A stretch of 63,331 bases of DNA, filler included, from Octopus bimaculoides (GCF_001194135.2; 4 parts of 4 records of this genome joined end to end with filler, not necessarily neighbours in it), one strand, 5' to 3'. Shown: positions 34,288-47,630, numbered from the whole stretch's first letter. The notes: generated by a model from the sequence alone, not told the origin. A program made the numbers and translations.

Positions 34288-37200
34288 TTGTGGTGGGTAG
34301 CCACCGACAGACCGGAAAGACGGGTTAGGCATTCTGGAAAGACAAGAGGACTGCTCGGAAAGACAAGAGGACTGCTCGGAAAGACAAGAGGACTGCTCGG
34401 AAAGACAAGAGGACTGCTCGGANNNNNNNNNNGACTGCTCGGAAAGACAAGAGGACTGCTCGGAAAGACAAGAGGACTGCTCGGAAAGACAAGAGGACTG
34501 CTCGGAAAGACAAGAGGACAATGGGAAAGACTATCAACTCCAGGAAAGACTGGTAGAGGCTACAGACTTATGATCCTCGCCTTTGTAACATGTTGTAACA
34601 GATACCAATGAGAATGACAGCCCCACGATTGACCGAGAGGTGGGAGTCAAAAATCAATCAAACCCAGTTAACATGGAAATGACCTTGGTCACGAGTACGG
34701 CTATTCGTCCGAACAGCAAATGAAGTGCAAACAACTTTGGATGTAAGCTGTGCTGTGGGACCTTTGCAACCATGAGAGGCTTGAAGATACATCAGGAAAA
34801 GTCTTGTAAGAAGAGGACAGAGCAGTGTGGATCATCAGATCGTAAAACACATGGCAAATCATCCCCGGACTCAAACCACAGCGGATCGATAAATGCTACA
34901 GCAAAGACCTCTTCCCCACAGGAAACTGCAGGTTATGAAACTGGTGCATCAGATAGTATTCAGAGGAAACCAAGGGTTTTGCAGCCTGCTGCTAATGAGA
35001 AAAGAAAATATAAAGAGTTTGAAAACAAGGTATGTCGAGCTCTTTATAAAATGGCAGGTTCTACAGTGGAGAAACTGGGAAAATTAACAAGCTCAATTTA
35101 TGATACAGGAAAGGAATTATCAGGAGTGAAGGAGCGTAGCTGATTAGCGAAAGGAAAGTGTGGAGGATCAGGAAAATGAAACAGTTGAGGAAGAAAAAGA
35201 CCAGCCTAAGAAAGCGATGGAAATGTGCTACAGAAGATGAGAAACCTGGCCTTGCGCTGCTGTATGACGATTTGAAATGGAAATGTCATTATGTGCAATG
35301 ACATATCTGCTGATATGAGCGTCAAAAAGAAAGTAAAAGGACTTGGGGTCAGTTTCTGAAGGACCCGTACGGATTTACTAAGAAGCTGTTCACTGAACCG
35401 AAGAGTGGCTATCATGCACAAAAGAAGAATTGGACGCTCATGTCAAAGAAACCTACAGCAATCCACACCTTAACCAGCCACTACCACCTCTACATGGACT
35501 AAATCATCTCTCAGAACCTGATATCGAATTCCAAATTGGTGACATCAGGGAGAAAGAGGTGTATGATTTTGTAAGAAAAGCTAGAGCAAATAGTGCCACA
35601 GGAGGTGATGGCATCTCATATAAAGTTTATAAATATTGCAATCATCTGCAAAAGAAGCTCTTTGTCTTACTCCAACAGCTGTGGCGTGAAGAGACTCTAG
35701 TAGAGGATTGGTGTAAGGCAGAAAGCATATACCTGCTGAAGGAGGCCAATGCAGAGACTATAAAACAGTTTTGGCTGATATCCTTATTGAATATGGAAGG
35801 CAAGATCTTTATCGGAATTCTTTTTAGAGTAACAGAGTAATTGATATGTTGATGAATCTGTTCAAAAGGCTGGGATCCCAGGATGCATTGAACACTGTTT
35901 TTCAATTTGGAAAGTGATCCAGGATGCCAAACAGAACAAGAGAAATCTGAACCTAGCTAATGCATATGGCTCAGTGCCACATAAATTACTGATAAGATCC
36001 ATGGATCACTTCCACATTCCAGACAAAGATGACCAAAATAATGAGGATGTATTATGACAGTTTCAAGATGAGGTTTACAGCTGGAGATTTTACAACAGAT
36101 TGGTATCGATTGGAGATTGGTATTGCTGCTGGCTGTACAATATCTGTCACATGGTTTATCTTAGTCATGGAGATGATTCTGAAAGCTGTGGATTTTTTGG
36201 AACAAATTGCCCATGTACAATTGNNNNNNNNNNTATCTTAGTCATGGAGATGATTCTGAAAGCTGTGGATTTTTTGGAACAAATTGCCCATGTACAATTG
36301 CCTAAGAAAGTCTTCATAGATGACACTTCTATCTACAGATAAGCAAATCATGCAGAATGCCCTCTTGAGACTAGACAATCTTGTGAGGTAGTCAAGGATG
36401 TGATTTAGAGCAAAATAGTCGCATAGTCTGACATTTGTTAAGGGAGTGCAGAAAGAATTTAAGTTTCAAATAGCTGAAGAAAACATTCAAAGAAGAACCC
36501 GTCAAGAGCTTGGGGCGAGTATATACTGGAACAGTGTCAGGTAGAAGTCGCGGAATGGAAATTATGAAACAAGCCGAGGTTGGATTATCAGCAATTGATA
36601 ACTCAAAGTTACTAGGTAAATATAAAATTTGGTGCTTGCAGTTCAGCTTGTATCTGCAACTCTCATGGCCACTTTTAATATACGAGGTAGCATTGTCACG
36701 AGTTCAGATCATTGAACAAAAATGTAATGTGTTCATTAGAAAGTGGCTAGGACTACCTCAGATGTTGCAGTTACCACTGGTGTCAATAGTTAAAATATAT
36801 AAACTGGGGAAGGTACAGACTGTGATGATGCCAAGAGAATTGAAGGACATGGAAATCAGGCATAATCCACCAGAGGTGAAAACAGCCAGGAAGTGGAAAG
36901 CAGAAGCAGTGACTGATGACATCTTGTCTTCTCTTATACACAGAGATATGGTGGGTGCAACACAGAACCATCGGAGAGGACTTGGTTTTGGCGCAAATCA
37001 GTTCAGACCATTTGCAGATCTGTTGTTAACAACAGCGTCAAAACAAGAGAAGCAGAGAAAAGAGAGCTTCATTTGATCCAATGTATTCAACAAGGACAGA
37101 TGACGAGATGGGAGGAACATATTGTTGAGAGGAAAATAAGTTGGAATGAGATATGGAGGTGAACCACATCTCAGCTAAGTTTTCTGATTCGTTCATCCTA

Positions 37201-38084
37201 TGATGTTTTGCCATCACTACAAATCTAGTAAGATGGAATGTCTCAGAGAATGATATATGCAAATACAGAAAGGTCGGAACATTGAAACATATTCTTTCCA
37301 ACTGTTCACTAGCATTGAATAGGTATACATGGAAACACAACCTGGTCCTTAAGGCTATCTTCAATGCTATAAAAAACCAAATTGATCTCAACAACAGTGA
37401 AAAAAAATCGTTGAAAGTACCAACTAGAGATCTCATTACCTTCGTGCACTCAGGACAATGGATCCATTTCAAGAAGAACAACAAACTTCCTGTGAACGAT
37501 GTAAAGTGGAACGGCTATTGGGAAGTGACTTCAGATTTACCAGGGTGCCAGGGACTCTTTTCCATCCCAGTTACGTAAAAACCGGACATTTTAATGTGGT
37601 GTGAAGGAAAGAAAGTTGTGAATCTAATCAAGTTAATGGTTCCTCAGAAAGATAACATGGATGCCACTTGGGCTCGAAAGATTGACCATTATGTAAACTT
37701 CCTCGAGGAATGTGAGGATGCAGGCTGGAAAGCAGAACATTTTCTAATCAAAGTCGGATGTTGAGGGTTTGTTGGCCTAACTCATCATAAGGTAAATACC
37801 ACCATGACCGATATCCAAACTACAGTGGAGAAGGCTAGCCACTGGATTTGGTTAAAATGAGACAATGAGCGATGACTAGAGGAATATTGAGCAATATTTA
37901 ATAACCAGTCGATCTAGCAAGCGGGGCCTCATATCAGTGAGGGTGTGCTGATGCAGATTGATGCTGTCGAGAGGTAGGCCCTGAAACGGCATGTATTCTC
38001 TCCTGATGACCCCATACACTTGCTGGCGTCCAGTATGCGGAGTTTTCGACAGGTAGCACTTGCATGTGCAAGTTGTTTGCAAGA
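34288..38084 (+). mobile_element. HERO-like RLE non-LTR retrotransposon, near full length, decayed
   Basis: N-terminal zinc finger (RGLKIHQEKSC), RT (ARANSATGGDGISYKVY, LANAYGSVPH, GIAAGCTIS, VFIDD), CCHC knuckle (TLKHILSNCSLALNRYTWKHN) and RLE (KPDILMW...VGC*GF). Confidence 0.85.
34336..34519 (+). repeat. Perfect 21-bp tandem repeat (ggaaagacaagaggactgctc), at least 8 units, 10-N gap inside
   Basis: All visible full units are identical. Confidence 0.95.
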
Positions 38085-38340
38085 CAGCTACAATAGTAAC
38101 CCATAATCTCTTTAAGTTCATTTACATTGGTTGTACACAAAAACCCTTTAAATTGTGATTAAATAACCATAAATCATCTTTTAATGACCCTAGAAAAGAA
38201 AATAGTGCCAGTCTATCTAAAAATGTTTGACAACTGAAGAAAAGAGACAACATAGATTGCACAATTTCTTGGAAGATTATCTCTTCAGCTCCTTCTTATA
38301 GGCTTAGCAGCAGGATATATTTTTTATGCTATATTTAATA
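38085..38340 (+). mobile_element. AT-rich (Naiad-like) Penelope GIY-YIG, 3' half
   Basis: ATIVTHNLFKFIYIGCTQKPFKL*LNNHKSSF...SLSKNV*QLK...ISWKII. Confidence 0.8.
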
Positions 38341-38749
38341 ACAAGTAAGACCCAAATATTCCATAAAATTAATGAAAACATTAGATATATTAATGCTAAT
38401 AGTAATCATTGACAGATAATATAGGTAAAAGAATATCGTTACTTTCATCTAATTTTGAGATTTTCCAAAAACACGCACCCTATTATAATGAGATACCCTG
38501 TGGGAGGCAGGATATAATAATAATATTAAATTCTTTCATAATTCTAAATATAATTATAATATAAAAAATTATAATTTAAATGATTCCTATGTTTTTTATA
38601 ATAATAAACCTAACATAAATAATTATGATAAGTTTTATTTAGGTAATTATAGCATTAGTAATAGGGATTATGATAATACAAAACATAAATATAATAATAG
38701 TAGACTAAAAAATAAGATTAAATTTAATTCTTTTATTGATAATAATAAA

Positions 38750-39480
38750 TTTTATAATATGAAAAATAAATGTCATAATATAAATAATAAGAACAAAATT
38801 TGGTTCATTATTCCTTATGGAGTTCAAGTTAAAACAAACATTATTAAAGAAATTTTAAATATAATTGAGGTATTCCTTAAAGATAATAAAAAAAATAATA
38901 ACATTTTTTCTAGTGATAATTTTGGAATTGGTTACTCTATTAATAATGTTGGTAATATTATTTCTTCTTTTAATAAATTTAAGCTGAATAAGTTTTACAA
39001 AAACAAATCAAGTAATTATTCCAATAATAATAATAATACAGACCAGAACATAATTGTACATGTAGAGATAAAAAATAAATGTAAATTTAATAATAACTGT
39101 AATTTGGAGGATGTAGTATATAAATGTGTAGTGACTTTGCTTGATTATGATAGTATGAATGGTTATGATTTAAATACTATTTAGATAGAGTCGATTTCTA
39201 ACAAAATTAAATTATATGTGGCTCAACATATGAATTCTTTAAGAATAGAAATTTAATTAATTCTACTGGCCTTAGTAAATATATATGAGAACTAAAATCT
39301 AAAAACATTATGTACAGTTTAAATTGGGAGATAGTGTGTAAGGCTAAATCTTATCGAATAGGTAGTGTTTTTTGTTCATTATGTACTAATGAATTTAAGG
39401 AGATATCATTAACTGATAATAAAAAGTTAATTCCCTAGATGAACAAAAAATTAAATGTAGACATAAGTTAAATTACTTAT
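38750..39480 (+). mobile_element. Second Naiad-like Penelope 3' region (thumb plus GIY-YIG), highly AT-rich
   Basis: KIWFIIPYGVQVKTNI, KCKFNNNCNLEDVVYKC and STGLSKYI*ELK...LNWEIV...CSLC. Confidence 0.75.
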
Positions 39481-40467
39481 ATAGTAAGTTTAGCTAATTT
39501 ATGTATTTATATAAACCCTATTTTAAGTTACAAATTGTTGTAGTTATGATTTGTAGTAGTAGAATGTGTATAATTTAGCACAATATTATAAAGGATATAT
39601 TACATATTTAGAATAAGATTAAACTAAGATGTTTATAAAATAAATTAATTAATTCATTCATGAAAATAGATTAAATTATTGTAATTTAGCTTCATCTTTG
39701 TATATTATATATAATGTATTTTACGTATTTTAGATTTAAGTTATTTAGACTTTAGAATTTTCAAGTAAATGATATACTACAGTTAACTTTTTTCTTATTC
39801 TCACATCTAAAATACATTATATCATCTTAACGGTTTAAATACATATTTCTATCTCATTATTCCATAATTTTTTATTTACGCCGTATTTTCACGCAATATA
39901 TTTCTTACAGACGCTAAATTCTATGTATTTCATTTAAAATTTTAGTTTAAATGCATTTCTTTGATAAGATAAGTTATGATTTTATTTTAAGAAATATTGT
40001 TAATTGCTTTTCAATTATTTATTTATTTATTTATTGTTAAAACAAGTATTTTTTATATATTTATTTGATATTTATTATAAGTTATAATACGTATATTGAT
40101 TTTTTTTATTATTCTTTTTATTATTTATATTTTATTTTAGACCAGACCAGAGACTATATTTTTGAATAGATTTAATTGTAGATTGTTTTGATTATTAATC
40201 GAATTATTAATTGAATTGGTTTTATTAGTTATCTATTTGAAAATATAGCCATGAAATGTGCGTAGTCATTTTGATACCATTTACTAGTTATTCTTTTATG
40301 TACTTTATTGATTTTTAGAATAAGGTTTTTATGATATATTTATTTTCTAGAGGGTATGAATTACATTCTTCATTATTGAACTGTTTAATAGTGGTTTTTC
40401 TCTAAATTATATACATATAATGAGATATATATATATATACTTTATTTAAAAGCAGCAGAAATATAAC

Positions 40468-40515
40468 AAAAGACTGTTACTCGGAGTTTCACGTTCCCGT
40501 TCATCGGACAGTTTT
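40468..40515 (-). ncRNA. Type I hammerhead ribozyme-like motif (Penelope pseudo-LTR type)
   Basis: Minus strand: AAAACUGU-CCGAUGA-ACG(ggaa)CGU-GAAA-CUC(c)GAG-UA-ACAGUcUUUU. All three stems are present. Core U4 is C and stem III has a 1-nt loop. Confidence 0.65.
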
Positions 40516-40598
40516 GTTACTCTACCTCTGGTGTTTGAGTACTCTTTTTTCCACCTTGTTGCACATTTTATGTGCTTATTCCGGTATATATATATCAC

Positions 40599-40629
<31 letters not shown>

Positions 40630-40849
40630 GCCTTTCAAGCGACGGACGTGTCGCCCGAAGCTCAGTAAGTTGTTGCTGTTTTTACCCGAAAATCATTTGA
40701 AACCTGTTTTAATTTTTATATATTGTAGTAGCCAAGCCGACTAGGTTCTTGCAGAGCTAGTCAGTTAGGCAAAATTTCCCCCATTTAGGGGCGAAATTTT
40801 CGTTTGAACATTTTAAAATTTCCATTTTCACACACATCAATTTTGAAAA

Positions 40850-43800
40850 AATGTCTTTGAAGAGAGCAGTGAGCTGTTCCCTTCTTTCCACATCACACCT
40901 TCCGCTAAAGAACGACATGTCAAGTCACACATCATCCCGCCCATCTCACACCATAAAAGGCAAAGAGATAAATGTTGAGGAACGTCCTGCCACGTGCAGC
41001 GTTCCTGATTAAAATATTTTCAACCGACTTTCGGATCTGCATTTCCCAGCTCTTACATCCACCATTGCTCCTACACCGGAGAAGGAGGAAGAGAAGAACA
41101 CAACAATGAACAACAAAGAAGACAACACCAGCAACACCACCAAGACCAGTAGCCATTGTAACGGTTTCGCTTCCACAGCTAAACAGAGCTCGGAAGAAAT
41201 CACAGTTACAATAGCAGAAATAAAGGATACAAAGGAGTTGTTAAGAAAAGAAGGAAATAATGTTTTCCTTAACACTCCACAAGCATTAATTCACGAGACA
41301 AAGAAAAAGACAATCATTTACAAGACATACAACATGAAATATTAAAAAATGGTAAATGCTACTCCACAGAGGTTGGAGATAGCACTCAAGCCCATATGGG
41401 GCAAAAAAAAGTTTCGTGACCAAAGGGAAGCGCTTTGGAACAGTGGAAGTGCGCTTCCCAATGGAAGAGGATGCCATCCAACACTCAACAACAACGCTGA
41501 AGGCAGGCGATTTATTGCTCGTGCCAACCTACCTTGGTCGGCGTGTGACAAAAATAAAACTAGATCAAGTGCCACCAGAACTGAACATCTCCTGGCTAGT
41601 GGCATGCTGTGTGCTCTTCGACATTGAAGAGACTGCCACTATTCTGGAGGTGCATAGAATGAAAGAGAAAAACTGGTCAGGTATGGGAATGCAGCTCCTT
41701 GTTCAAATTGAACAAGATAGCATAAATGCCATACCCAACGCAATAAACATGCTGGATGGCAGTAGGATACACGTTGATGTAGAAGGCCACAGACCTAAGT
41801 GCTACCTCTGCAGCAGCGAACAACACCTTAAAAAAACTGAACATCTATTAAACTTTTTAAAAAACAGTACAAATGCAAACACCACAAACTTCATTATACC
41901 CTTATACAACGCACCACCAGCACACATACTCACACTCACACTAAAGATCACTGAAGAAAATTACAATAAAATAAAAGAAAAGTTCCCAAATGATGTTGGG
42001 TCGCTAGGGAAAAGTTTCTCCCAAAAACTTTTTCGAAATCTAGTGCGAATACCCACACGGAAACATAGGGGAGCCACCCCACCAGAAAACAGTAAGTAGA
42101 GCTTTTTCTCTTCTAATACTTTCCTTTTTTTTAAAACCTGGTAATTCTCAGAATCGGCAGTATAAATGTGAGAGGCTTCGGGTTGCCTTTGAAACAAGGT
42201 CACCTGTTGAGCGACCTGAGGTCTTACAGTGNNNNNNNNNNNNNNNNNNNNNNNNNNNNNNNNNNNNNNNNNNNNNNNNNNNNNNNNNNTATTTCGGAAA
42301 GGCCTGGATTTGAAAATAAAGGCAGTTTTCCTGGATCCAGAAGGTAAGTTGGTGGTCCTGAACGTCGATAGTAGTGACGGTGCTGCCTTCAGACTACTGG
42401 CTGCCTACGCTCCGACAGGAGCAGGGCAGTCGGATTATTTCAAATGTCTGGAGGTTTTCCTGGGTACTTCTTGCACTTTAGTGCTAGTTGGGGATTGGAA
42501 CACTGTCTTAGACGAACGTATCGATAGAGTGGGTGCAGGAGCATCTGATAGGAGAGGGGGGTGCAAGAGCCTCACCAACCTGCTCAGAAGCTTTCAGCTG
42601 TCCGACAGGTATCGACTAGACAACCCGAATGTGCCAATGTGGACTTGGACTAATCGCATCGGGTCATCTAGATTATACTTAGATAGAATTTTCAGTAGGC
42701 CAGTGGATAAGGATAGCATAGGGTGTCCACAATTCAACATAGTCGGCTACACGGAGCACAAATTTGTGATCTGTACGGTTGACTTAGATAGACTCCATAG
42801 ACAAGGTCCCGGTTACTGGAAGCTAAACGCATCATTAATGGCGTGCAAAGCCTACAGAGACCGGATTAGTTTATTAGTTAAGAGGGCATTAACCGGGGCA
42901 ATCATCAATAACAACTGGTGGTTCGCCCTGAAGCGGGCAATTAGAGCAGAATTGATTAGGTTAAGTAAGGCTCTAGCTGTAGAACGTAGGAAAACAGAGC
43001 GGGATTTAGTTAAGAAACTAGACGAGGCTCTTGGGACAGGCATTGCAACCGAGGTTTTGGCAGCCAGGTTGGCCCTCGACCAACACTTTGACACCAAACA
43101 CAAAGGCACGTTCGGTAAGCGGGGAGGGGACTAAGGCCGCTCGATGGGCCCGCGTGGCTGAAGCGAAGCATGGCAACAGAGCGGCCATTCAGTCTTTGGT
43201 GGACCAGAACAGCTGCGAGATTTCAGAACCGAAGCAGATGTGTGCGGCCTTTCAGCAGCACTTTGCTCGATTGTTCGGGACGAACGGTAGGACGGACAAC
43301 GGGACAGACTTCGGTGTGTACCTAGACGGCCTGCCGCAACTCTCGACCAGCGAAGCCAAGTGCTGCGGAGGACCCATATCTACTGGGAAGTACAGGAAGC
43401 GATGAAAAGCTGCACGAGAGGTAGATCGCCGGGTTTGGATGTTCTGTCCTACAAGCTTTATACTTCAATGCCAGACTTGTTTGCGGGTGTCTTGGCAAAC
43501 ATCTACTGCAACTGGCAACAAAACGGGAGAATTCCTGCTTTTGTTTGTCGAGGAGTGGTGGCTTTGCTAAGAAAGGACCCAAACAAGGGGGACGTTATAG
43601 GGAACTTTAGGCCCATCACTCTGCTCAATGCAGAGTTGAAGATTTGGGCCAAGGTGATAGCCAAGAGATTGGCGGTTGTCGTGGGCAAACTGATCGGCAA
43701 GGCACAGACATGCGCTGTGCCGACTAGGTCTATCCACGACAACCTCCATCTCATGCGCTACATCATAGAGAGGGTGGGTAATGAAGCTGGAGCAGGTGGG

Positions 43801-44160
43801 GCTTTGATCAATTTAGATCAATCTAAAGCCTTCGATAGGGTCGACCATCAATACCTGGCAGCTGTTCTCGAGGCAGCAGCTTTTGGTCCGCTTTTCTGCG
43901 GGTGGATAGCTGCTTTATACAGCGGCATCTCCTCAGTCATATGGGTGAACGGTCACCTTTCGGAACCATTCAACATCTCGCATTCGGTTCGCCAAGGATG
44001 CCCTCTCTCTTCCCTCCTGTATGTATTGATTCTCGAGCCATTACTGCGGAAGTTTGAGGCTTTGAGGGGTGTCCCGCGCGATCTAGGATGTGAAAAGAGC
44101 GTGTCTGCCTATGCTGACGACATCACCGTGATGGTGTCGGGCCTGATTGGCGAGACACTA
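40850..44160 (+). mobile_element. Tx1/L1-like LINE (ORF1 with zinc knuckle, APE endonuclease, RT), truncated after YADD
   Basis: RPKCYLCSSEQH; AYAP, GDWN, YLDRIF and GYWKLN; NFRPITLLN, DQSKAFDRVDH, SVRQGCPLS and AYADD. Frameshifts at about 43134 and 43400. Confidence 0.92.
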
Positions 44161-45064
44161 ATCCGGCGCCCCCATTGGTATATCAAAATAGTCCCTGATA
44201 TCTTTCCTAGCCCACATATTATTATATTTAATTAACAATTTCCTAGCCATTTTAACTACGTTTACTTCATCATAAGTCATCCCCACCTTCTTCATAGCAT
44301 AAATTAGGGCCTTATTAAGTATAACCTCGTTAATAGAAGAAGAATAATTATCAATATCTATTTGAATAAATTTACATCTATTTTTATCTTTAATATTATT
44401 AAACCATTTTAAAGTATCAATAGTACTATTCCATAATTTAAGGTAATTAATATCATTTAATCTATTGATATATTTATCTAAAATTATCTTACTTAATTTA
44501 CCTAGATCTGACTTACAAGGACAAATACGCCTAACATTAAGGTCAGAATAAAAATTACCCTTATGGTCTTTTAATGTAATTCTATGGTGCATAGGTAGGT
44601 ACATAAGGTTCAGTCTTATTATCTAGTTCATATTTCAACATTATTAATTTAGAGGCCTTATTTATAGAATATAAAGTATTATCAGGAACTATTTTATATT
44701 TTTTATTAATTTCTTTCTCTAATAGGTAATCATATAATTTGACATCTAGTTTATATAGGTTCCTAGTTTTATCTGATTGTACTATAATTCCATCCATATA
44801 CGGGGGTTCTTTTCTAGATCTAAATTTAGAATTGATATAATCTAAATTATCTACATCATTAATATTAGTAATATTATGATTATTATTAAAGTAGACTTTC
44901 CATTTAATTCTAGTAATAAAATCCTTAATATTATTAATAAGTTTCAAAATATATTCCTTTCTAGATGGGATGGGGATATCCTTCAAAGATGAATTCCAAA
45001 ACAGCGGCTCTATCCTACCTGTAAGTTCCATAACTAACAAAAATTGGAAATCAATTCTATTCAA
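44161..45064 (-). mobile_element. Naiad-like Penelope RT N-terminal fragment
   Basis: IVQSDKTRNLY, CKSDLGKLSKIILD, KWFNNIKDK..KFIQIDI and FDIPMGAPD. Confidence 0.8.
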
Positions 45065-45297
45065 AAATATAGCTAATCTTCAGGTCAAAGTACAACAATA
45101 ATAATAAAAGAATGTATATATCAACCAACAATAAATAACAAATGAATGTATATAAAATACTTATATTAAGATAGAAAAATATTATTAAAAATATCAAAAT
45201 TATAAACATTTCATAATCAACCCTACATCCATTATAATACAAGCTAACAGGAATATTATATGTAAAAACCAACTTTAACGAATCATTCATTTAAAAT

Positions 45298-45374
45298 ACA
45301 AGTGTCTTCTACTATAGCCTCGGGCTAACCAAAGCCCTTTCAGTGGATTTGGTAGATGGAAACTGAAAGAAGCC

Positions 45375-45380
<6 letters not shown>
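45298..45380 (+). mobile_element. SINE family A internal fragment
   Basis: agtgtcttctactatagcctcggg...gaaactgaaagaagcc. Confidence 0.85.
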
Positions 45381-45410
<30 letters not shown>

Positions 45411-46097
45411 ATGTATGTATGTATGTGTGTGTGTGAGTATTCGCTTTTCATGCAAAAACAGCTGCATGAATTGCTTCCATACTCAAGCTGCATGAATAAT
45501 TTGACCTCAGTTTATTTCTTTATTAAAAATAAATAATATTGCTTTCTATATATGATTCACTTCTTTAAAAAGGTTTCTCAATGTCAACTTCCATTATTGA
45601 CATAGCAACAGCAGAATTTTCTGTTTTCATTTGCAAAATCTCTCACTCTCTATTTTAATGTTTTCATTTCAAGTTTTAATTCACTATTTGCAAATAACTA
45701 TAAGTTACTGAAAGAAACATTTACTAAATTCACAATTTGAATATTCGGTACAAGATAGTTTTTAACAAGCTTTTATTTATATGATTTTTTTTCATTTCAT
45801 GTTTATTTCATTCATTGTTTGCAATGTTCTCTCTCCCTCTCTTTTTCACAAATACACACATGTGTTTTTGTATGTACATTTGTATACATTCATGTATGTG
45901 CATGTGCTAGCGTGAAAGAGAGAGCAGGGATATGTTGTCATGTATACATACATCTTTTTTGTATGTGTGTGTGTGTGTGTGTGTGTGCATCAGTGTGAGA
46001 CAGAGTGATGTCTAAGTGGCATTCTCTCTCTGCCACATACATATAAAAAAGATGTATGCATATATATGTCTGTACGTATACATGACAACACACCCCG

Positions 46098-46146
<49 letters not shown>

Positions 46147-46349
46147 TGTCCATTTCATCTGTTGTTTGATACTCTGTGTTTGTGTGTGTGTGTGTGTGTG
46201 TGCGAGCGCGCATGCGTGCATGGGCGTTCCACAATTTCTATTTATTTTAATCACTAGTGTGATGATATTCATGTAACTCATTTTTTCATTTAATCTCTAT
46301 TTTAATTTTCGAAAAAATTTCCGAGAACAATGTTCTCACTCTCTACAAC

Positions 46350-47350
46350 AGGAGTCAGGGTAGATGAAGATGATTAGTATTCTACAGTGAAGCAAAGATA
46401 ATTCTGCAACTCTGTTAAGTCTATTAAGTATGTTTGCAAATATATAAACAAAGGTTTAGATGCCTCAACATACACTCTTATGCAGAATGGCAGTCAGCAG
46501 ATAAAGAAAAATGACAAAGATGCACAGTATGACAGAGGAAAATACATCAGTACCAATGAGGCATTTTGCTGCATCTTCTATTTTCCCATTCATGAGAGGC
46601 ACCCAGCCATCATTCACCTGAATGTCCATCTAGAGAATGGCCACAGAGTTATCTTTACAAAACAAACAGCCTTGCAACAAGCACTTTCTCCAAAAGAAAC
46701 TACACTAACTGCCTTTTTTAAGTTGCGTCAAGTAGATGAAGATGTAATAAAACTCCTGTACCTACAATTACCCAAGTATTATACCTGGAGAAACAATAAA
46801 TGGCACTAGATGAAACAGGCTGATACTATTGCAGAATGCTACTACTTATGGCTCCTTTTGCATGAAGTACATGGTCACAGTGTGTGAAACTTATAGGGAA
46901 GCATGCTATCAACAAGGTTTTTCAGAAAATGATGAGCACTGGGACCTTGCATTGACTGAAGCACCAGTATCAGATTCTCCAAGGAAACTCTGTAAACTTT
47001 TTGTAATTATACTGAACATGTGTCAACTTGGCAGTTCCCTACAGCTTTGGATGAAATATTGTGATGACATAGCTGAAGACATGGCTGAAGTATGCAGTTC
47101 AACAGGCAAACCTAGACATCAATATTCAGTTCTCTGAAACAATTTTTACCAAGCACTGATTGAAATTGAGGATCAAGTTTTGGCCATGGGAGGCAAAAAT
47201 TTGCAAGAGTCTGGCTCTGGACTGCCAAAAACAAACCAACATATTTGTAATTTAACTTCAAAAGACAATAACAAGAAAGACAAATCATGACATCACAGAC
47301 TCGGCTGCATTTGTGAATGAACATGAACCTAAACTTCTTCCAGAACAATG
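46350..47350 (+). mobile_element. Helitron Rep/helicase fragment
   Basis: CNSVKSIKYVCKYINKG, GKYISTNEA...FPIHERHP, VHLENGHRV, TTLTAFF, YREAC..QG.SENDEHWD. Confidence 0.9.
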
Positions 47351-47630
47351 CTGTGCATATGATCAAATTTTTCATTTCTTATTATTGCTATTATTTTTTT
47401 GTATCATGAATTCAGAAATGATTGCCCAATTGAAGAATAAATTGAATTTAGAATAACAAATTTCTATACACCTTTTGCTTTTTTCTTCCAATATATAGGG
47501 AACAATTTCATTCCCAAGCAATGCTGGGTGCCTCTGCTAGTATATGTATAACATTTTATATAAATACCACCATGTGTGGCAAGCAAGTTTATCAGCCATA
47601 CAGGCAAATTAATAAAATACATACATGCAC

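Noticed and set aside
34336-34519. CRISPR-like array
   Set aside because: Units are contiguous with no spacers, the context is eukaryotic and there are no cas genes.
36157-36300. Exact 67-bp tandem duplication in the HERO-like RT
   Set aside because: The two copies flank a 10-N gap, typical of unmerged overlapping contig ends.
38228-39288. In-frame TGA at the same position in two Naiad-like GIY-YIG copies (possible selenocysteine or recoding)
   Set aside because: The position aligns to a conserved Trp, not Cys. TGG to TGA/TAG and CGA to TGA decay is seen in other dead elements in this window.
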